A stretch of 64,000 nt of DNA from an uncultured Leptospirales bacterium (lineage in GTDB: Bacteria > Spirochaetota > UBA4802 > UBA5550). Positions 59,946-64,000 of the stretch are shown in pieces. The stretch spans positions 17,805 through 81,804 of the forward strand of contig CAZYBU010000004.1 of NCBI GenBank assembly GCA_964645775.1, written 5' to 3'. The notes under the pieces were generated by a model that was given only the letters and a program-made list of their open reading frames with translations, made no database searches and was not told the origin of the DNA. Numbering within the stretch: position 1 is the stretch's first letter; each line of letters starts with the position of its first letter. The translations under genes were made by a program, and so were the position numbers.

Positions 59946-60759
59946 TTAATTCAGCAAGAGCGGTCACAGCCGCTTCTGCGTAATGCATCCCTGTATGTTC
60001 ACGATAAGCGTAATTTATTCCGCTGGATGAGTTTATTCTGTGACAGGAGGTAGTTCCATGATCGGCTAAAATTCCAAGGACAGTGGTAAGGTCTCCACCC
60101 TGAGACCCGACACCCGGTATCAGAAGGGGTATGGTCAGGGAAGCGTCACTGAAACAATCAAGAATATCTGAAAGCTCTGAAGGGGCCGTTGCTCCAACAA
60201 CGGATCCCAGACCGGGCCGATACCATGTTACAATCCGTTCCGCTATTCTCAGATATAAGGGTTTACCCTCTGAATCAATGTTCTGGACTTCGGCAGCTCC
60301 GGGATTCGAGGTCCTTGTAAGAAGGTAGTATCCCCTTTCAGGAAATATTTCCATGTACGGTTCGATGGAATCGAATCCCATATAGGGAGAAAGAGTGACG
60401 GCATCGGAGTTAAAGAAATCGAAGGACTCCATGGCATAAGCCCGGGCTGTCTTGCCAATATCACCCCGCTTAACATCAAGGATAACGGGAATCTTTTCCG
60501 AGCGATACAGTTCACAGAGCCTGCGCAGGGTCTCTATTCCTTCCAGGCCATACTGGGCATAAAAGGCATAGTTTGGTTTTACCGCTCCTGGGAAATGGCC
60601 ACGTTTACGTATCTTTGAGAGTATATTCTCATAGAACCTGAAGATACGATCTCCGGTGGACCCTTCTTCCGGTATGAGTTCCAGGAGAGGGTCCATTCCC
60701 ATGCATATTATACTTCCCGTTCGGCGGGTGGCCTCACTCAGATATTCAGGATAATTCAT
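59917..60759 (-). CDS. pyrF: Orotidine-5'-phosphate decarboxylase
   Basis: CMGMDP, KPNYAFY, ILDVKRGDIGKT, RTSNPG, VVGAT, LIPGVGSQGG, NSSSGI. Confidence 0.95.
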   Translation of the reverse strand: MNYPEYLSEATRRTGSIICMGMDPLLELIPEEGSTGDRIFRFYENILSKIRKRGHFPGAVKPNYAFYAQYGLEGIETLRRLCELYRSEKIPVILDVKRGDIGKTARAYAMESFDFFNSDAVTLSPYMGFDSIEPYMEIFPERGYYLLTRTSNPGAAEVQNIDSEGKPLYLRIAERIVTWYRPGLGSVVGATAPSELSDILDCFSDASLTIPLLIPGVGSQGGDLTTVLGILADHGTTSCHRINSSSGINYAYREHTGMHYAEAAVTALAELNEAAANYVS

Positions 60760-61123
60760 ATTTATTCCTTAGCTGTTTCAGTACATTTTGATAGATATCA
60801 TGGTTCTGGTTTTCAAAAAGGAGAAAACGGACTTTTTTGTTTTTGCCGTTTTTGCCTCCCCGGCAGACGGGTCCGGGAGTGTGGATGACAAAGTTCGCTT
60901 TCAGGTCGAAACCTGGTGTTATCCTGGCTTCTCCTGCCTGGCATCCTCCCAGTTTGGAGGTAGCATTTAGTAGCTCCGGACAGGCGGCCCTGTGGATGGC
61001 GTCATCCACCCCGCTCCCTCCAGGAAGTGAAGGAATGACGGCATTGACAATGCCGTCGGTCACCTCACGTGTGATGTCTCCTTTTGCGATCTCAATCTGG
61101 TTGAATATCATTTCCCAATTCAT
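60746..61123 (-). pseudogene. Macro-domain (YmdB-like) gene with internal deletion
   Basis: GDIT, DGIVNA, GGSGVDDAIHRAA, VIHTPGPV are present. The LASCY...FPAISTG segment is missing and NAAN has become NAVI. Confidence 0.7.
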
Positions 61124-61141
61124 AACAAAACACCTGTTATG

Positions 61142-61936
61142 CTAAAATGAAACGTAAGCGTCGTTGATCCGGGTTTCGGTTACCGGCAAATCCCAGGGGC
61201 CATGAGAGATCTGTACCCGCGCAATAAAGGCAGGCAATCCTTTCTCTTCTCTTTGACCCGAAGTGAAATCAATTGCGCTTTTGGTATGATCGAGGTCCAT
61301 TCCGTGGATGAGTCTGTAACAGAGTTGATAGGAGAAGGGAAGGGACACCTTGTAGAGTGATGCTGTTTTGCTTCCCAGGGCCAGGACCGTGGATGATGCA
61401 ACCGATGCCAGATGAGTAAAGGGTGTCCAGCTGTTCCAGGAATGGGGATAGTTGCCTATAATGGCTTCCGGTAGAGTGGGAAATGCCATGCCGGCGATCA
61501 TGTCATAATCTGCCAAAAGTAGATGCGTGGGGAAAGAAAGAGAGTGGAAACGTTTCAGGTGATCCTTGCGAAGATTTGTAAATGAATTCTTATCGACGTC
61601 TCTGAGTTTTAAGTCCATAATCCAGGCACCTTCAATAACTTCGCCGTCATGGTACCGAATTGTGAAGATGAATCCAACGAGACCTGGATGGTTAGGTTCC
61701 TGATCGAGTTTGAGAGATTCCCATTTTATTAGTATCTCCCGATCCAGGGAGTGGATGGTAGAATCATGAAAAAGAGAGGTTAGACCTTCCATGAGGCCAT
61801 CGAGATAAATACCTGTGTCCCAACCTTCCCGGAAGGAGTCGGCAGTCAAATCAGATATCATGCTTTCCATGCGCTGCATGACGCTCTTCACATTTTCGAC
61901 TTTCATAGAGGGTTTCTGAATATATTTCATGAGCAA
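61142..61936 (-). CDS. Hypothetical protein
   Basis: Intact 264-aa ORF heading the macro-pyrF-DGC run; no confident family. Confidence 0.7.
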   Translation of the reverse strand: MLMKYIQKPSMKVENVKSVMQRMESMISDLTADSFREGWDTGIYLDGLMEGLTSLFHDSTIHSLDREILIKWESLKLDQEPNHPGLVGFIFTIRYHDGEVIEGAWIMDLKLRDVDKNSFTNLRKDHLKRFHSLSFPTHLLLADYDMIAGMAFPTLPEAIIGNYPHSWNSWTPFTHLASVASSTVLALGSKTASLYKVSLPFSYQLCYRLIHGMDLDHTKSAIDFTSGQREEKGLPAFIARVQISHGPWDLPVTETRINDAYVSF

Positions 61937-62088
61937 CCTTTAATCGTATAGTATACCATAAATAAGGTTATGAAAGAGGAGACGTGTCAAGATAGATTTG
62001 TAAAGATGAAAGATTCATATTAATATTGACGGTTCCTTCTGTTGAATCGGTGTATGAATTGATATCCATAAGGCAAACGGGGAATTAG

Positions 62089-63969
62089 ATGAAGTATGAC
62101 ATACTTGTAGTGGGTGCCGGTCACGCGGGAGTTGAGGCTGCCATGGTTTCAGCCCGTTCAGGAATGAAAACAGCTCTGGTCACAGGTAACCTTGATACTA
62201 TAGCTCAGATGAGCTGCAACCCCGCCATCGGCGGTCTGGCAAAGGGACATATGGTAAGAGAGATAGATGCCCTGGGCGGCGTTATGGCCCGTGTCATTGA
62301 TGATACAGGCATCCACTTCAAGATGCTTAACCGAAGCAAGGGGCCGGCTGTCTGGGCACCGAGGGCTCAGGCTGACAAGAAAGCGTACCAGAACAGTATG
62401 AAGTGTATTCTGGAATCTCAGAAAGACCTTCATATTATACAGGATATTGTCTCAGAACTGATAACTGAAGATGGAAAAATAGATGGTGTTCGCACGGTTC
62501 GCAGGATGGAGTATGAAACAGAGAAGGTAATTCTCTGCACCGGAACCTTTCTGAAGGGTCTCATTCACATTGGAGAATACAACGAGAAATGCGGACGGCT
62601 CGGGGACTTTTCAGCAGAAAATCTCAGTGAATCACTGGCACGGCTCGGTTTCCCTATACTGAGGCTTAAAACCGGTACCCCGCAGCGTGTAAACGGGGAT
62701 ACCATCGATTTCAGCCAATGTGAACGCCAGGACCCCGATGAACCGCCATCGCCCTTTTCCTTCTCCACGAGAGAGATCGTAAGAAAACAGGTTCCATGTT
62801 GGATAGCCTATACCAATAGACGGACGCATGAAATAATTCAGAGAAATATTAATCGGTCCCCACTATTCGGAGGAGTGATCAAGGGAACTGGTGCCCGCTA
62901 CTGCCCTTCCATCGAGGACAAGGTTGTACGGTTTTCCGAAAAGCCAAGGCACCAGCTTTTCCTTGAACCTGAGGGCCTGGAGACAAGAGAGTTTTACATC
63001 AACGGTCTTTCAAGTTCTCTCCCGGAGGAGGTGCAGCTCGAGATGGTAAGAACCGTTCCCGGGCTTGAAGATGTACAGGTGATGAGACCTGCCTATGCGG
63101 TGGAATACGACTATATCCCTCCCACAGAGTTAAAGTCTACTCTTGAAACAAAAAGAATCGAAGGTCTTTACCACGCCGGACAGATAAATGGAACCTCCGG
63201 TTATGAAGAGGCGGCAGCCCAGGGACTCATGGCCTCCCTTAACGCCGTGAGGTCCCTGCAAGGCATGGAAGGTTTTGTGCTGAAAAGGTCTGAGGCCTAC
63301 ACGGGTGTTCTCATTGACGATCTGATTACAAAAGGGACGAACGAGCCTTACAGAATGTTCACGTCAAGAGCGGAGTACCGACTTCTTCTCAGACAGGATA
63401 ACGCGGACAGGAGACTCATGAAATACGGCTGGGAGAGCGGGTTGATCTCTGAGGAACGATACAGAGAGATGGAAGCGAAATATACCCGGATTTACGCATC
63501 CATGCATTCCGTAAGAAATGTCTCTATACGTATGGACCGCGAGGCCCTGCAGGTCCTTGAGGGACGAGGAGCCAGCTCAAAAACCAATGAAACGTTGTCC
63601 GGAGAACAGCTTCTAAAACGGCCGGGAGTTACAATTCAGGACATTGAGATGCTTTCCGGGTTCAACGTTGACCCGGATATACGGTTCATTGTGGAGATGG
63701 AGATAAAGTACGAAGGATATATTAACCGTGAACTGGACAGAGCGGGAAGGCTGGAAAAGCTGGAGAACGAAAAAATTCCGGAGGACTTTGACTACGATTC
63801 CGCACCTGGATTAAAAAATGAAGCAAAGGAGAAGCTAAAAACTCACAGACCGGGGACTCTCGGCCAGGCTTCCAGGATTTCTGGGATTGATCCATCCCAT
63901 ATATCTATCCTTGCGGTAATGATAGAACGAATGAAGAGGGGAGGCAATGTTCCACGTGGAACAGAATAA
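62089..63969 (+). CDS. mnmG: tRNA uridine 5-carboxymethylaminomethyl modification enzyme MnmG/GidA
   Basis: [54 protein letters not shown]. Confidence 0.98.
   Translation: MKYDILVVGAGHAGVEAAMVSARSGMKTALVTGNLDTIAQMSCNPAIGGLAKGHMVREIDALGGVMARVIDDTGIHFKMLNRSKGPAVWAPRAQADKKAYQNSMKCILESQKDLHIIQDIVSELITEDGKIDGVRTVRRMEYETEKVILCTGTFLKGLIHIGEYNEKCGRLGDFSAENLSESLARLGFPILRLKTGTPQRVNGDTIDFSQCERQDPDEPPSPFSFSTREIVRKQVPCWIAYTNRRTHEIIQRNINRSPLFGGVIKGTGARYCPSIEDKVVRFSEKPRHQLFLEPEGLETREFYINGLSSSLPEEVQLEMVRTVPGLEDVQVMRPAYAVEYDYIPPTELKSTLETKRIEGLYHAGQINGTSGYEEAAAQGLMASLNAVRSLQGMEGFVLKRSEAYTGVLIDDLITKGTNEPYRMFTSRAEYRLLLRQDNADRRLMKYGWESGLISEERYREMEAKYTRIYASMHSVRNVSIRMDREALQVLEGRGASSKTNETLSGEQLLKRPGVTIQDIEMLSGFNVDPDIRFIVEMEIKYEGYINRELDRAGRLEKLENEKIPEDFDYDSAPGLKNEAKEKLKTHRPGTLGQASRISGIDPSHISILAVMIERMKRGGNVPRGTE
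63948..63963. promoter_or_regulatory. parS centromere-like site
   Basis: Perfect palindrome TGTTCCACGTGGAACA matching the bacterial parS consensus, about 11 kb from oriC. Confidence 0.9.
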
Positions 63970-64000
63970 AGAATTGAGTGGCAGAATCCTGAATTCCCGC

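Overview
Bacterial chromosomal window spanning the replication origin, probably from a Spirochaetota/Leptospira-related lineage (inferred from the DgcA-like cyclase, OmpL47-like protein, STAS/RsbW/SpoIIE genes and mnmG close to dnaA). The core is a minus-strand dnaA-dnaN-recF-DUF721/dciA-remB-gyrB-gyrA operon. DnaA-box clusters lie on both sides of dnaA, a Bacillus-like unwinding module (DnaA boxes, DnaA-trios, AT-rich tract) sits between dnaA and dnaN, and a perfect parS palindrome lies in the 3' end of mnmG. The rest is densely packed housekeeping genes (pyk, ruvA, dut, rnj, uppP, ftsK, dinG, surE, pyrF, XPB, YgiQ) and many signalling genes. I saw no rRNA, tRNA, CRISPR array, transposase or prophage. 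Best novelty candidate: a translationally coupled operon at 3440-9930 encoding a globin-like plus CarH-type B12 photoreceptor, a histidine kinase and a receiver protein with a KaiA-C-like output, running on into DUF4139 and pyruvate kinase. Other candidates: a phage-like possible Ocr-type gene just before ruvA, a FliG-C-like protein coupled to a diguanylate cyclase, a very acidic repeat-bearing zinc-ribbon membrane protein, an FtsK without a membrane anchor, and a partner-switching cluster with an embedded sugar kinase. All family assignments come from motif recognition by eye, not database searches.
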